64,000 nt of DNA from Candidatus Marinacidobacterales bacterium (GCA_965237955.1 OZ250169.1:7808001-7872000), one strand, 5' to 3'. Counted from the first letter of the stretch, positions 36,209 to 49,032 are shown. Numbers and translations are program-made. Notes: generated from the sequence alone by a model not told the origin.

Positions 36209-36657
36209 TCAACTACTGATGGGAATCTGACGGCTTTTCTCGCTCGCCTTCTTCGGTATGGTCACCGTCAGCAGAATGCCCTTCTTAAAATCGGCCTTTA
36301 CTCTGTCCGTTTCGATGCTCGTCGGGAGCTCGAACGTACGATGGAACGGGCCGTAGGAACGTTCCATCGTACGAACCGTTTCTCGTTGATGGCTTCGTTG
36401 ACCGGGCGCTTGCCTTACAGCGTCACTCGACCGTCGTCGATGTGAAGCTCGATGTCGTCTTGATCTACTTCGGCGAGCTCGGCCTTGAGAACGAGGCTCT
36501 TTTCGGCTTCGTAGAGATCCACGGCGGGGGACCATGCCCCTGTGGTCGAGAACCCCCCCTCGGAGCGCGTGCGCGACAGCGTCTGATCGATTAGCCGGTT
36601 CATCCGTTCTTGGAGAGCAAGAAGCTCACGCACGGGGTCCCAATGGGCGAGTGGCAT
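36209..36657 (-). pseudogene. Hsp20/alpha-crystallin pseudogene
   Basis: WSPAVDLYE...AELAEV, in-frame TAA at 36415, then a frameshift before MERSYGPFHRTFELP...GIL.VTIPK. Confidence 0.85.
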
Positions 36658-36681
36658 GTGTAATTCATCAACCTCGACATA

Positions 36682-36708
36682 TTAGCACTCTACACACCCG
36701 AGCGCTAA
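36682..36708. promoter_or_regulatory. CIRCE operator (HrcA site)
   Basis: TTAGCACTC-N9-GAGCGCTAA (1 mismatch to consensus) just upstream of hsp20-groES-groEL. Confidence 0.92.
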
Positions 36709-37085
36709 TCGTACGAGATAGTAGTTATTTGGTACTTTCGAGTGAACGAACGATTTCGGTCACTCCCCGATGACCTCCGCCCACGCGGGCGGTGCCATTG
36801 CTGTCAAGTTTTCCACGGCCTGACGGCCACCGCGTCCTGTGCCAAAGCTCGGCCCAGCCGGTATCGACGAAAGAACTGCGCCTCTCAAAATCAGGCGAAA
36901 CTCTAGCACACGAACAGGTTACGCGGCGGCTACCAACACTTGACTGCGGAAGCACCTTCGAGCGGCCTTCACGAGCTTCTCCAGGATGCCATCGCTGTCC
37001 TCGTATTGGAGGGTCAGGCGATGCCGCTCTACGTCTTCACCCGTCTTGGGATCCGAATAGGCGTCGGAGAGTTGCGCCTCAAGGA

Positions 37086-38170
37086 GGCGTTGTTGCACCG
37101 CTCTGGCTGAGAGCGAAATCCGCCTATGGTGGTGGCCGAGGTATGTTCGAGCATGAAGTATCCCAAGGGCTGCCAGTACAAGCACGCGAAGCAGAAGAAG
37201 TACCACGTTCGCAACTGGCCGGAATACAACGAAGGGCTGCGCCGCCGGGGCGATTTGACGGTCTGGTTTGACGAGGAGGCAATCGCGAACTGGAAGGCCG
37301 ACAAGACCGGTAAGCCTGGCGGTCAACGGGTCTATTCAGACATGGCGATTGAAACGGGCCTGGTTGTCCGGATGGTGTACAAGCTCGCCTACCGACAAAC
37401 CGAAGGCTTCTTGCACTCGATCGCCTCGCTGCTCGGGCTCGGTATCGAGATCCCGGACTACTCGACGTTGTGTCGGCGCTCGAGGTTGCTCCGCAAGAAG
37501 CTGCGGATTCCGAAAGCCGCGAGCACTCAACCCATCCACCTGATGATCGATAGCACGGGCTTGAGGATTCATGTTGGAACCGCCCGCAAACCGCCAAAGC
37601 TGCGTGCATGGCGCAAGTTGCACATCGCCGTTGATCGCGAGACAGGGAACATTGTTGCGTCCGAACTGACGGCGTCACGCGCTCGCGACGCAACCCGAGT
37701 CCCCGCTTTGCTAACACAGATTCAAGCACCTCTAGTGTCGGTGGCGGCGGACAGTGCATACGACAAGGAAGCGGTCTACGAAGCCATCGAAGCGCACAGT
37801 CCTGGACGAAGGACGCGCGTGGTGATTCCGCCGCAACGAAACGCGACGCTCAGTCAGAATTCGAACACCGCCATGCAGGAGCGCGATCGCCATATTCGTG
37901 CAATCGAAAGACACGGCCGACGTGAATGGTACAAGCTCTCAGGCTACACCAAGCGAAGCATGGCGGAGAACGCGGTCTATCGTTACAAGGCGATCATCGG
38001 GCCGGAGATGCGGGCTCGAACGTTGGCGAGGCAACGAGTTGAACACCGAATTGGGTGCGAGATACTCAACAAGATGGCTGCGCTCGGGATGCCCGATACG
38101 TACTGCGCCGGGTGACTCTGCAGCCGGCACAGGGAGGTCAGCGATTTGCTCCGGGCCGTGCAACAACGCC
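37086..38170 (+). mobile_element. IS5-family (IS903-like) element, copy 5; transposase 37126-38115
   Basis: Both IRs; intact ORF with a few substitutions. Confidence 0.95.
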
Positions 38171-38369
38171 CAGGCATAGTGCTGGCAGACCGGAGACTAA
38201 TCAAGTTCGGGGCGCGCGGATAAATAAACAGAAGGTGCAGCGCTGATGGCTTTCCACGCAGCCGCGTCTACCAGCGTACTGCGCATAACAGGATGACCCT
38301 AGCATCATCACAAGGGCTCGACGGATCGGCCACAACGCTCGCCGCCCTGAAGATCCAAGTCGAAGAACT

Positions 38370-39860
38370 CTAATCCACTCCGCGGGCCGCGATAGTGAGG
38401 ATCTGCTGGATGAACCGCGGGTTGACTCCGACATTCTCGCAGAGCCAAACGAGGCAATCCATTTCCTGCTGGTCGATCGAGCCGTCCGCATAGGAAATCA
38501 CAACAATGTCCCGAATCAGCTGAAGCCTCTGGAGACCGGTCATCATGTAGGCAATGTCCTTGGAAAGCTCAACTACCTGTTCGCGAACCACATCGACGGG
38601 CTGGTTGAAGACTTCACGAATCTCGTCCAGTGAGACGGCAAGCCCCACCAAACTCTCGAGTGCCTCGACCTCGGAACGCTCGAAGACTCCGTTGGCGGCC
38701 GCCACGAGAAACTTTGCCTTCAGCAGATACGAGCGCCCCTTGTCGCCGACGTCGCCGGTGTCGGTCAGGTATGTCGGCTCCATGATGCTCATGAGCTCGG
38801 TTACCTGATCGGCGACTTCGTCGGCGGTGAGGGTTCCTCCGTTGGAGCCGATCAGCTCGCGGTAGGGCTGGCCCTTGGTGAAGACTTCAAGCGCTTTCAG
38901 CCGCATGGGATTGAAGGGATGCGGGCTGAACCAGTCCTGTGGATCGGACTCCTGCGAGGCTACCTCGCTTCGAAGATCATCGAGCTGCGCCAGGTACTCC
39001 TTCACGCTGAACTGGAAAACGGACGACGTGATGCCCGAAGACAGCTTGAAGAACGTATTGGCCGCGACGTCGAAGCTGCGGCAGCAAACCATGCCTACTC
39101 GATCTGCGGTAATTTCCGAGTTCCGCATCCACGCGTACAATTTCATCGCATGGAGAGGGGCCAACCGGCCGCCGTTGTTCTTAAGAATGTAGTCGACGGG
39201 GAAACGAGTGTGCTCAAAAAGATAGTGGCCGAGCTCGTGCCCTATGACGAAAGTCAGCTCCTCTCCCGAGAACTTCTCGAGAAGCGAGCTCGTCAGCATC
39301 AGAAGCACCTTATCCTTGGTAGGCGGGTAGCAGGCCGCATTGAAGTGGCTGTCCTGATTGACGTAGACCTCGATATCGGAGGTCAGCTCAAGCGTACGGG
39401 CGCAGTGATCGACCACTTGATAGACCGTTGGCATCATGCCGCGAGAAATCTTGAGCGCCTTGGTGAGAAGCTCTTTGCGCGCGTTGTGAGGTTTCAGCTC
39501 GGCCAATAGACAATTGACCGTCGAGGAAAACTCCGCATCTGCAAGAAGCTCGGCGAGCGCGCGTCGGTCGCCGCGGAAAACGAGCCGATGCATGTCGATA
39601 CCGGCAAGCGTCTGGTCGTAGAGCGTCTCGTCGCGAGTCTGCTCGTCCTCCGACATGCGCTCGAGATGCGTTCGATAGCTCGTCTGAATCGATTCGACGA
39701 TCTGGCTCAGACGGGCTCTCAAACGGCCCATCTCGTCTTGGCCACGCGCAGTGGAAGCACGCTGCTCGAACTGGCGGGTCACGCGGGCGATCTTGTCTCG
39801 GAGCTCTTCGCCGAGAGCGACGAGATTGGTCGCTCGCCATTCGATAGCGGTATCAGTCAT
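38370..39860 (-). CDS. M48-family Zn metallopeptidase with C-terminal TerB-like domain
   Basis: FNAAC, VIGHELGH, EITADR and PHPF..MR; C-terminal VAAANG.F...E and ISYADG.ID..E motifs. Confidence 0.8.
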   Translation of the reverse strand: MTDTAIEWRATNLVALGEELRDKIARVTRQFEQRASTARGQDEMGRLRARLSQIVESIQTSYRTHLERMSEDEQTRDETLYDQTLAGIDMHRLVFRGDRRALAELLADAEFSSTVNCLLAELKPHNARKELLTKALKISRGMMPTVYQVVDHCARTLELTSDIEVYVNQDSHFNAACYPPTKDKVLLMLTSSLLEKFSGEELTFVIGHELGHYLFEHTRFPVDYILKNNGGRLAPLHAMKLYAWMRNSEITADRVGMVCCRSFDVAANTFFKLSSGITSSVFQFSVKEYLAQLDDLRSEVASQESDPQDWFSPHPFNPMRLKALEVFTKGQPYRELIGSNGGTLTADEVADQVTELMSIMEPTYLTDTGDVGDKGRSYLLKAKFLVAAANGVFERSEVEALESLVGLAVSLDEIREVFNQPVDVVREQVVELSKDIAYMMTGLQRLQLIRDIVVISYADGSIDQQEMDCLVWLCENVGVNPRFIQQILTIAARGVD

Positions 39861-40101
39861 GGCTACAGCCGCGGCCTGTATCTAGAGATCTCCCCACGCA
39901 GAAGCAAAGCTTGGAATAGCGCTTCTTAATTTGGGCCGAAGACCTTCCGCTACGACCGTTTGGGGGTGGCGGTCGCAAAGTCCTCGATCCTTTTCCATGT
40001 TTGAAACCCCGCAAGCGCGGAGAATCGCCGTCTCCCCTTGTAACCTGTAGCAGGCAACTGGTCCATACCCGCAGCCTGCGCGTGGGACGGTCAACCAAGG
40101 T

Positions 40102-41124
40102 TCAGCCGATATCCTTCAGCTTGGGCTGGGCGGCCCGGCGTATCTCTGTAGCAGCGACGGCCGCGCGCTCAGCCATGAATTGGCCAATCTGAACTACACT
40201 CACGTTCTCCGTCGCCTTGTTGATGAGAATACCCGCGGATAGTCCAACCAACAAAGCCACGCCCGCCGGGCCACCGACAACCCCGACCTGCGAGACCGCC
40301 ACGAGCGTGCCACCCGCGCCGATGCCACCTTTGAGACTACCGTCAACGAAGTCGGTATAGTCACCCGTCTGATGTGCCTTGTGAAACGCTTTGGCCAGAG
40401 CGACGACCGTGACGATCAGCAGTAATGGATTCGCGCTCATGACCGCGGACACGCCCATCCCGCCGACGAGCTTGGAGAAGCTCTCGGTGTCGGCGCGATT
40501 CCAACGCAGTGCCGTAGCGACAACACCAATGACTCCGCCGAGCAACTCGGAGGCATCGTAGCTGTTGAGATCGTAGAACCAGTCTCTCGGGATGCGGAAT
40601 TGCGCTTCCAGAAATCCGGCGACTTGGTCATATGTTGCTTTGTCCCAGTTCGCCAGCGGCAAACCCTTGACGGTCGTCATGTCCCGGAAGATTCCCTGGA
40701 GGAATCCCATCGCCTCCTCAAGGATGGTGTCCTCGGGCGATGCATCCCGAACCGCTTTGATAGCCCCCGCAATGGTGTGTCCTTCGTCGAATAATCTGTG
40801 GTTGCCGCGGCCAATGTGGGTCGCGCTGTACACGGCATCCATCGCCTTGTCGTAGATGGTCGCCGATCCACTTACCATGTCTTGCAACAGCCCATTCAGG
40901 TCGCTGGAGAGAGCACTGGCCAACAGCGCCTGCGATGTCGTCAGCAACCCGTCGGCGAGGGAGATTGCCGAATCCCGAGCCTTGCTGGATCCGGCCGTTA
41001 CCCCGCCCAAAACCGCATGGGCCGCTTCCGAGGTTCTCTTCAGGGCGGCCTGAATGGACTCCCACACCGACGATGTCGCGTCCTTGATCTTCAGCGGACT
41101 TACCGTGTTCTTGAGCTTCCTCAT
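40102..41124 (-). CDS. Hypothetical membrane-associated protein
   Basis: 340-aa ORF with YDKAMD and HRLFDEGH motifs and Gly/Ala-rich hydrophobic helices. Confidence 0.7.
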   Translation of the reverse strand: MRKLKNTVSPLKIKDATSSVWESIQAALKRTSEAAHAVLGGVTAGSSKARDSAISLADGLLTTSQALLASALSSDLNGLLQDMVSGSATIYDKAMDAVYSATHIGRGNHRLFDEGHTIAGAIKAVRDASPEDTILEEAMGFLQGIFRDMTTVKGLPLANWDKATYDQVAGFLEAQFRIPRDWFYDLNSYDASELLGGVIGVVATALRWNRADTESFSKLVGGMGVSAVMSANPLLLIVTVVALAKAFHKAHQTGDYTDFVDGSLKGGIGAGGTLVAVSQVGVVGGPAGVALLVGLSAGILINKATENVSVVQIGQFMAERAAVAATEIRRAAQPKLKDIG

Positions 41125-41395
41125 ACGACGCCCCTTTCAATGCGGTTCGAACACGCTCAGACCGGTACAATGGATGCTGGGCCGGATGGATGAGCCGATG
41201 TAGAGAAGAATTCGGCGTCGGGCATGTTTCCACCCAGCGCGGCGATGCGCGCCGCGCACGCGAGCCCCGTCCTGTGCCAAAACTCAACAGAATAGAACCG
41301 CCGCCGTCGATTTCTTTTGACGCCGACTCATTTAGTTCATCATCATCAATTGCTCCTCCTGCGTCAGTCCTTTCATCAAAAGCAAGTCATCCATT

Positions 41396-41800
41396 TCAGT
41401 CCTCGCATCCCCAGTCGGCGGTGATCGGCATGATCGCGCCAGGATAACTTTGGAGCGTCGCCCTATAGGTGTATCTGCTTCCCTGCTTCCACTTCATTAG
41501 ATTTTCCTTCTCTGATTTTGGAGCGGAAACCAGAACATCGTAGGTGAACGTCTCATTACGGTGCTTGAATCCGACACTGATTCCGCCGAAGAATCCTTGA
41601 TCCAGATGCTCCAGTCGCCCGTTCCATTGCACGCATTTCCCTTTGTACTCTTTCCAGAGTTCATCTTTCTGTAGGTCCGTAAGAGAACTTTCGACGCTGA
41701 ATTTGTTGTGAACCTCGTTGAAGGTGATCTTGGAAACTTCCTGCGCACTGGCGGCAAAAGCCGAAAGCAGAATGGTAATGACGAACGAACGCCTAAGCAT
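41396..41800 (-). CDS. Secreted hypothetical protein (OB-fold-like)
   Basis: Signal peptide AFAASA; LTDLQKDELWKEYKGKCVQWNG; AT-rich. Confidence 0.65.
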   Translation of the reverse strand: MLRRSFVITILLSAFAASAQEVSKITFNEVHNKFSVESSLTDLQKDELWKEYKGKCVQWNGRLEHLDQGFFGGISVGFKHRNETFTYDVLVSAPKSEKENLMKWKQGSRYTYRATLQSYPGAIMPITADWGCED

Positions 41801-42222
41801 GTTTCTAATCTCCCGTTTTACCCGGAACCGGAAATGGAGCCGGGCCATGCAAACATTCTCTGTGTAGAGGAAGCTCTCACCTATTCGCCTGGGCTTCGGG
41901 AGCTACCCGAGGCCTGATGCAAGGCTGTTATATTCAGTGAGCAACCCGACTCGATGCGGGGCTACACAGAAAACGTTTGCGGGAGGATTGTCTTAGGCCG
42001 GCTCTAGAAAGTCAACTGGCTTATTCGTGCGTGGTTGGTCTTTGACGACCTCGTCCTGTGCCAAAACTAGGCCCTCTTGAAATAGACCACAAATCAGCAG
42101 CTTAGACGCCCTTGGAATCCGCCGACCCTTGGGCTGCGTGGCGAGCTACAGGCAGTGAACTTCGCACCCGGAAGTCCTTTATTGGACTGGACTTTATCGA
42201 GCACAAGAGCGAACGTTCGGTG

Positions 42223-42660
42223 ATGCCGCAGGATACAGGGGTTGGCCGGAACGTCGTTTTGGACGGTTTGGACTTCGCCAGCTTGCGGCGGGTCTGGGAG
42301 CAGGCCTTCGGGGCTGCTCCCCCACGCTCGCTCTCTCGCGTTTTCATGTGCCGCGTTCTTGCGTACGAACGCCAGTGCCGGACCCATGGCGGGCATTCGG
42401 CCGCAACCCGGCGCGCTCTGGCTGCCATGGCGAACGGGACGCCAGGCAACGGCGCCGGCGCTCCCGCAGGGTCCGTTTCTGCCGGCACCCATCTCGTCCG
42501 CGAGTGGAATGGCCGGACCTACCAGGTCGAGGTACTCGACAGCGGCTATCGGTTCGATGGCAAAACCTATCCGTCCCTCACTACCATCGCAAAGCGAATC
42601 ACCGGAACCCACTGGTCAGGACCACGCTTTTTCGGTCTGACGCCCAAGCGCAAGGCCTAA
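42223..42660 (+). CDS. DUF2924-domain protein (copy 2)
   Basis: Close homologue of 19284-19715. Confidence 0.88.
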   Translation: MPQDTGVGRNVVLDGLDFASLRRVWEQAFGAAPPRSLSRVFMCRVLAYERQCRTHGGHSAATRRALAAMANGTPGNGAGAPAGSVSAGTHLVREWNGRTYQVEVLDSGYRFDGKTYPSLTTIAKRITGTHWSGPRFFGLTPKRKA

Positions 42661-42661
42661 C

Positions 42662-43380
42662 ATGAAGAAAATCCGTTGCGCCATCTATACGCGAAAGAGT
42701 GCGGAAGAGGGTCTCGAACAGGAGTTCAACTCCCTCGATGCGCAGCGAGAAGCCTGCGCCGCGTATGTCGCGAGCCAGAAAGCGGAGGGCTGGGTGCTGC
42801 TGCCAACCGTCTACGAGGACGCGGGGCTCTCGGGAGGAACCCTGGAGCGCCCGGGCCTACAGCGCTTGCTCGACGACATCGATGCCGGTCTCGTCGACCA
42901 GATTGTGGTCTACAAGGTCGACCGGCTGACCCGTTCCCTCTCCGACTTTGCAAAGCTCGTCGAGCGGCTCGAGGCGGCCGGCGCGGTTTTCGTCTCGGTG
43001 ACTCAGTCCTTCAACACCGCGACCAGCATGGGACGACTGACGCTGCATATGCTGCTGTCCTTCGCACAATTCGAACGCGAGGTCACGGCCGAGCGGATCC
43101 GCGATAAGGTCGCTGCCTCCAAGCGCAAGGGACTATGGATGGGCGGCCGCGTACCGCTCGGCTATGAGAAGGACATTCGCGAGGATGCACTCCGCATCCT
43201 CGCACCGTTCCGCTTGCGTCGACGCGGCGTCGAGACCAAGCTCGTTCTGGGCAACCCCACGAAATCCGTCGACCGCACACTCCTGCGCAATATCAGAAAC
43301 GCCCTCTCCTGGCTCGACCGAATCAAAGCAGGCAAAACCTATGAGCAGATTGCCAACGAAGACGCCATCCCAACGGACCG
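42662..43380 (+). pseudogene. Large serine recombinase copy 2, in-frame deletion and 3' truncation
   Basis: GYEKD joined to IREDA (about 786 bp missing relative to copy 1); cut by M at 43381. Confidence 0.88.
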
Positions 43381-43543
43381 CGTCCTGTGCCAAAACTCGG
43401 CCCATTTGAAATAGACCATAAATCAGTAGCTTAGTGTCTGTGTTTCCGACTGGGCAGCGAGTTGCGATCTTCTTTATTGCGGACGACAGCCGGTCTGATC
43501 TCCACCTTCGGCCAGCCCGGCGCGGATCGCCTATAATCCGGCC

Positions 43544-44035
43544 ATGCGCTCATTGCTGAAGATTGCCCTTGGCATTGCCGCACTAGTCGTGGCGTTCGGG
43601 GCCGGGTGGCTCGTCGCGATCACCGGCACCGGTCAAGCCATCCCCCTGGAGTCACTCTCGGAACTCGAGCGGGGGTTCGCCGAGCGGATGCAGAACGTGG
43701 TGCTTACCGGCCACTACACGCTCAAAGGCCGTGAGCGTCGCGACGACAAGCCGGAACGCTACGAGATCACCAGAGTGGCAAAGGTCGGCGAGCACCGGTG
43801 GCGGTTCGACGTTCACATGACCTACGGGAGTGTCGACATGACGCTGCCGGTCGTCGTGCCCATCCGGTGGGCGGGTGATACCCCCATAGTCACCATTACG
43901 GACATGGTCATCCCAGGGCTCGACGGTACCTTCACGGCGCGGGTCATGTTTTACGCGGAACGGTACGCTGGCAGCTGGCAGCACGGCGAGTGCGGTGGGC
44001 TCATGTACGGCACGATCGCGCCGCTGAGCGACTAG
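43544..44035 (+). CDS. Conserved hypothetical exported protein
   Basis: N-terminal TM helix; beta-rich (WAGDTP, FTARV, YAGSWQHG). Confidence 0.75.
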   Translation: MRSLLKIALGIAALVVAFGAGWLVAITGTGQAIPLESLSELERGFAERMQNVVLTGHYTLKGRERRDDKPERYEITRVAKVGEHRWRFDVHMTYGSVDMTLPVVVPIRWAGDTPIVTITDMVIPGLDGTFTARVMFYAERYAGSWQHGECGGLMYGTIAPLSD

Positions 44036-44050
44036 TCGGAGACGCCACAC

Positions 44051-45229
44051 GTGGGGAAACCAGTTACGGGGATAAATCCCGCCGTCCTGAAATGGGCGAG
44101 AGAACGTGCGGGATACACGATCCAAGAGATCGCCGCCAGATTCGGCTACGACTCCGGTATTGTGGTGGCTTGGGAAGCCGGTGACGGTGCGCCCACGTAT
44201 GCTCAACTGGAAAAGTTAGCCTACCAACTCTACAAACGGCCGCTCGCCGTCTTTTTTTTCCCCCAGCCACCAAGCGAACCCGACCTGACCTCCGAATTTC
44301 GTACGCTACCGGAATCCGAGATCGAGGAATTGGAGCCCGACGTCTTCTATGCGCTTCGCGAAGCAGCCGCGATGCAGCTGTCGCTCATCGAACTGAACGA
44401 AGGGATAAATCCAGCTGAGGAGAAGATTTTCGCAGACGTAAAGGCGCATGCTACGGCAGCGCGCCCTACGGCTAACGCCATTCGCGCATACCTGGGAGTT
44501 GAGATTTCCGACCAAACGAATTGGAAATCTGACGAGGACGCCTTAAAGGAGTGGCGCTCGCTCGTCCAGGAACACGGGGTTTTCGTGTTCAAACGTTCCT
44601 TCACGACCGACGACATCTCTGGCTTCTCGCTCATGCACGACGAGTTCCCGCTTATCTATCTTAACAACGGTTCGTCAACGCGGCGCCAGATCTTCACGCT
44701 GTTTCATGAACTGGGACATGTTCTTCTCCAATTTAGCGGGGTCACGAGAATGGACGATCGGTACATAGAAATTCTTAGGGGCCTACCGCGCCGTGTGGAA
44801 GTGTTCTGCAATCAATTCGCTAGCGAGTTCTTGGTTCCGTCACAAGGCCTCCAGCAATGGCTTCGGCCGGAACGCGTAGACGATGAGGACATTGCGTCGC
44901 TTGCCGATCGCTATTGGGTAAGTCGGGAGGTCGTACTCCGCAAATTTCTTGACAGAGGCCTCGTATCAGCTGATTTTTATCGCCAGAAAGCGGACGAGTG
45001 GAACGAGGAGTACAGAGCCCAGAAGAAGGCACGTAAGGCACAAAGAAAGGGCAGCGGGAACTACTACGCGACTCAGGCAACCTACCTTGGTGACCGATAC
45101 TTGAATCTCGTGTTTCGCAAGTACCACCAAGGCCGGTTTAATCGAGACCAACTCGCCGACTACTTGAACGTTAAGGTGCCGAGCGTGAGTGGCCTAGAGC
45201 ATTTCATGCTCGGCAAGGCGACCAAGTAA
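44051..45229 (+). CDS. XRE-HTH plus ImmA/IrrE (M78) metallopeptidase
   Basis: INP.VLKWARE, WEAG...PT..QL, FTLFHELGH and CNQFASEFLVP. Confidence 0.9.
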   Translation: MGKPVTGINPAVLKWARERAGYTIQEIAARFGYDSGIVVAWEAGDGAPTYAQLEKLAYQLYKRPLAVFFFPQPPSEPDLTSEFRTLPESEIEELEPDVFYALREAAAMQLSLIELNEGINPAEEKIFADVKAHATAARPTANAIRAYLGVEISDQTNWKSDEDALKEWRSLVQEHGVFVFKRSFTTDDISGFSLMHDEFPLIYLNNGSSTRRQIFTLFHELGHVLLQFSGVTRMDDRYIEILRGLPRRVEVFCNQFASEFLVPSQGLQQWLRPERVDDEDIASLADRYWVSREVVLRKFLDRGLVSADFYRQKADEWNEEYRAQKKARKAQRKGSGNYYATQATYLGDRYLNLVFRKYHQGRFNRDQLADYLNVKVPSVSGLEHFMLGKATK

Positions 45230-45699
45230 CCGTCTACATATTCGATAGTAGCAGTTTTCGGGTGCTAAACCACTACTTTCCAGAGAGGTTCCCCACGTTT
45301 TGGACAAAGTTCGACGAGGCGACGTCCGGGGGAACAATTGTCTCGGTTCGCGAAGTAAGAAGGGAACTGGATCGACAGGTCGTGAGCCAGCATGTGAAAG
45401 ATTGGATCAAGGCAAACAAGTCGATTTTCCACACACCCAACGGCGCGGAAACGGATTTCGTCAAGGATATATTCGCAGTCCCTCACTTCCAATATCTCGT
45501 CAAGAAAGAGCAGACGTTGCGCGGTAGGCCGGTAGCGGATCCATTTGTCATCGCTGCAGCCAAGGTCAGAAACGGTGTGGCAGTGACAGAGGAAGCAATG
45601 AAGAAGAACGCGGCGAAGATCCCAAATGTTTGTGCCCATTTCGGAATCGAGTGTACTGACGCCGAAGGATTCATGGAGCAGCAGGGTTGGTCGTTCTGA
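45226..45699 (+). CDS. DUF4411 PIN-like protein (expected start codon reads GTA)
   Basis: YIFDSSS, FPTFW, ADPFVIAAA, VTEE and KIPNVC; the usual partner of the upstream gene. Confidence 0.82.
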   Translation, partial: VTVYIFDSSSFRVLNHYFPERFPTFWTKFDEATSGGTIVSVREVRRELDRQVVSQHVKDWIKANKSIFHTPNGAETDFVKDIFAVPHFQYLVKKEQTLRGRPVADPFVIAAAKVRNGVAVTEEAMKKNAAKIPNVCAHFGIECTDAEGFMEQQGWSF

Positions 45700-45977
45700 C
45701 GGACGGCCAGCTGCGCTACGCGCGACTGGCTGAGGATTTATGTTTCCAATGCTCGAGTGTCGTTGAGTGCCAGCAGGCCCTCTGCCCGCAGACGCGCTAT
45801 CCACCCCGTCCTGTGCCAAAACTCGGCCCTTTTGAAATAGACCACAAATCAGCAACTTAGACGCCCTTGGAATCCGCCGACCCTTGGGCTGCGTGGCGAG
45901 CTACGGCCAGTGAACTTCGCACCCGGAAGTCCTTTATTAGACTGGACTTTATCGAGCACAAGAGCGAACGTTCGGGG

Positions 45978-46360
45978 ATGCCGCCAGGATACAGGGGTTG
46001 GCCGGAACGTCGTTTTGGACGGTTTGGACTTCGCCAGCTTACGGCGGGTCTGGGAGCAGACCTTTGGGGCTGCTCCTCCAAGCTCGCTCTCGCGTGTTTT
46101 CCTGCGCCGCGTTCTCTTGCACGAACGCCAGTGCCGGACCCATGGCGGGCTTTCGGCCGCAACCCGGCGCGCTCTGGCTGCCATGGCGAACGAGACACCA
46201 AGCTCCGGCGCTCCCGCAGGGTCCGTTTCTGCCGGCACCCATCTCGTCCGCGAGTGGAATGGCCGGACCTACCAGGTCGAGGTAGTCGACAACGGCTATC
46301 GGTTCGATGGCAAAACCTATCCGTCCCTCACTACCATCGCAAAGCGAATCACCGGCACCC
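45978..46360 (+). pseudogene. DUF2924 copy 3, frameshifted and truncated
   Basis: Extra C after ATGCCG; cut by M at 46361. Confidence 0.85.
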
Positions 46361-46586
46361 CGTCCTGTGCCAAAACTCGGCTGTGCCTTCTATTTATTCA
46401 TCCGCGCGCCCCGACCTTGATCGGTCTCCGGTCTGCCGGGACGATGCCTACATGATTTCGTCGTTTGTTCGCGCTCGGCCCTTGGCACGGCCGCAAACAC
46501 AGACACTAAGCTACTGATTTATGCTCTATTTCAAAAGGGCCGAGTTTTGGCACAGGACGGGGTAGCCGAAGCACGGCTCTTGACCC

Positions 46587-46912
46587 CGTCCTGTGCCAAA
46601 ACTCGGCCCTTTTGAAATAGGCCATAAATCAGCAACTTAGTGTCTGTGTTTGCGACCGGGCCAAGGGCCGTGGGCTTTACAATCGTCTTGGGCGGGCGGG
46701 TCGTCACCATGCAGATGACCACCTAGTCGAGAGCGAATATCGAAGCGTGTTCCTGAAGCGGTTTCCACGCTACGCCGGTCGAGCCCGCCGAGGGGCTACC
46801 GTCGCCGGCGACCATCTACGCGGCACGGCAGTAGTAGTTGAGAATGCCCCCAAGTCGCTCTCGCGACACGATGGGGCCAGCGTTATTCGCGCTTGCCGGC
46901 AGAGGTGTGATG
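46587..46912 (-). mobile_element. M-element right-end remnant cut by IS3
   Basis: Matches 29191-29642 without the MITE. Confidence 0.85.
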
Positions 46913-48224
<1,312 letters not shown>

Positions 48225-48712
48225 GTGGAGTTCAAGATGAGCTTGCTGGCGGGAGTCCAGGGAGACTTGCTCGCCATTGGAGAACTCGTACGTAAGGGAC
48301 GTACGCTGGACGCCTGCCGGCTCGAGGTCGTCGAGGGCAGCGACCGTGTGGTGGCGATCGGGCTTGCCACTTACGCCCTCCAGGCCGGTTAGCTATCTGC
48401 ACCCGTTTGTTGCAGCCCCAGCCGTGGATCGCGTCGTGTCCAAAAACACAAACGATAGCGGCCTGTTGGTCACGCTGGAGCCAGCCAGCGATGGCGACGA
48501 CCAACAAGGTTCAGGGCTGGCTCTGCCTCCTCATGACCGAGGATTCTAGCTTCCATTGGCCAACCAAGCCTCAGACGTCTCTGATCCGAAACGTCCCGGC
48601 GCGCCAGTCTTGAGTTCGTTTGTGTTTTTGGACAGAAGGCGCATGAGTATTTTGATCTCACGAGGACCGCGGCCCTTCAGACAAAGTAGTCCCTCAAGAG
48701 CGGAGGCGACCC

Positions 48713-48805
48713 ATGTACGGGAGGGAGAAACGAGTGTTGCTGCGAGAGCATTTGCAGGAGGGATTGACGAAGGCAGCCCTGGCAGACAAGCTGAGAATAA
48801 GCCGC
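48713..48805 (+). pseudogene. IS21-family IstA N-terminal remnant
   Basis: MYGREKRVLLREHLQEGLTKAALADKLRISR HTH start. Confidence 0.55.
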
Positions 48806-48809
48806 TTGC

Positions 48810-48989
48810 ATACCCGGTCTTCGAGGCAATCGACGTCAGCGACGCCCATTGCGATTCGTACTCGTCCCGATGCTCCAACACCATCCCGACGGCACGCTCA
48901 CGAACTTCTGAAGAATATCACGTTGATCTTCCCATAATGACTCCCATCCTCTCAAGAAATAGAGCCTCCGGAAAACCCGGAGCGGATCA
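48810..48989 (-). mobile_element. Left-end remnant of a second IS3-type element
   Basis: IR TGATCCGCTCCGGGTTTTCCGGAG and orfA start (EVRERAVGMVLEH..EYESQWA). Confidence 0.8.
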
Positions 48990-49032
48990 CCGGGCGCGGT
49001 ACAATGTACGCATGAGTATTTCGACAAAAGTA

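Noticed and set aside
41268-46587. Direct M repeats separating genes as an integron-like cassette array driven by the serine recombinase
   Set aside because: M cuts through coding sequences, including the recombinase itself, lacks attC-like palindromic structure, and no tyrosine integrase is present.
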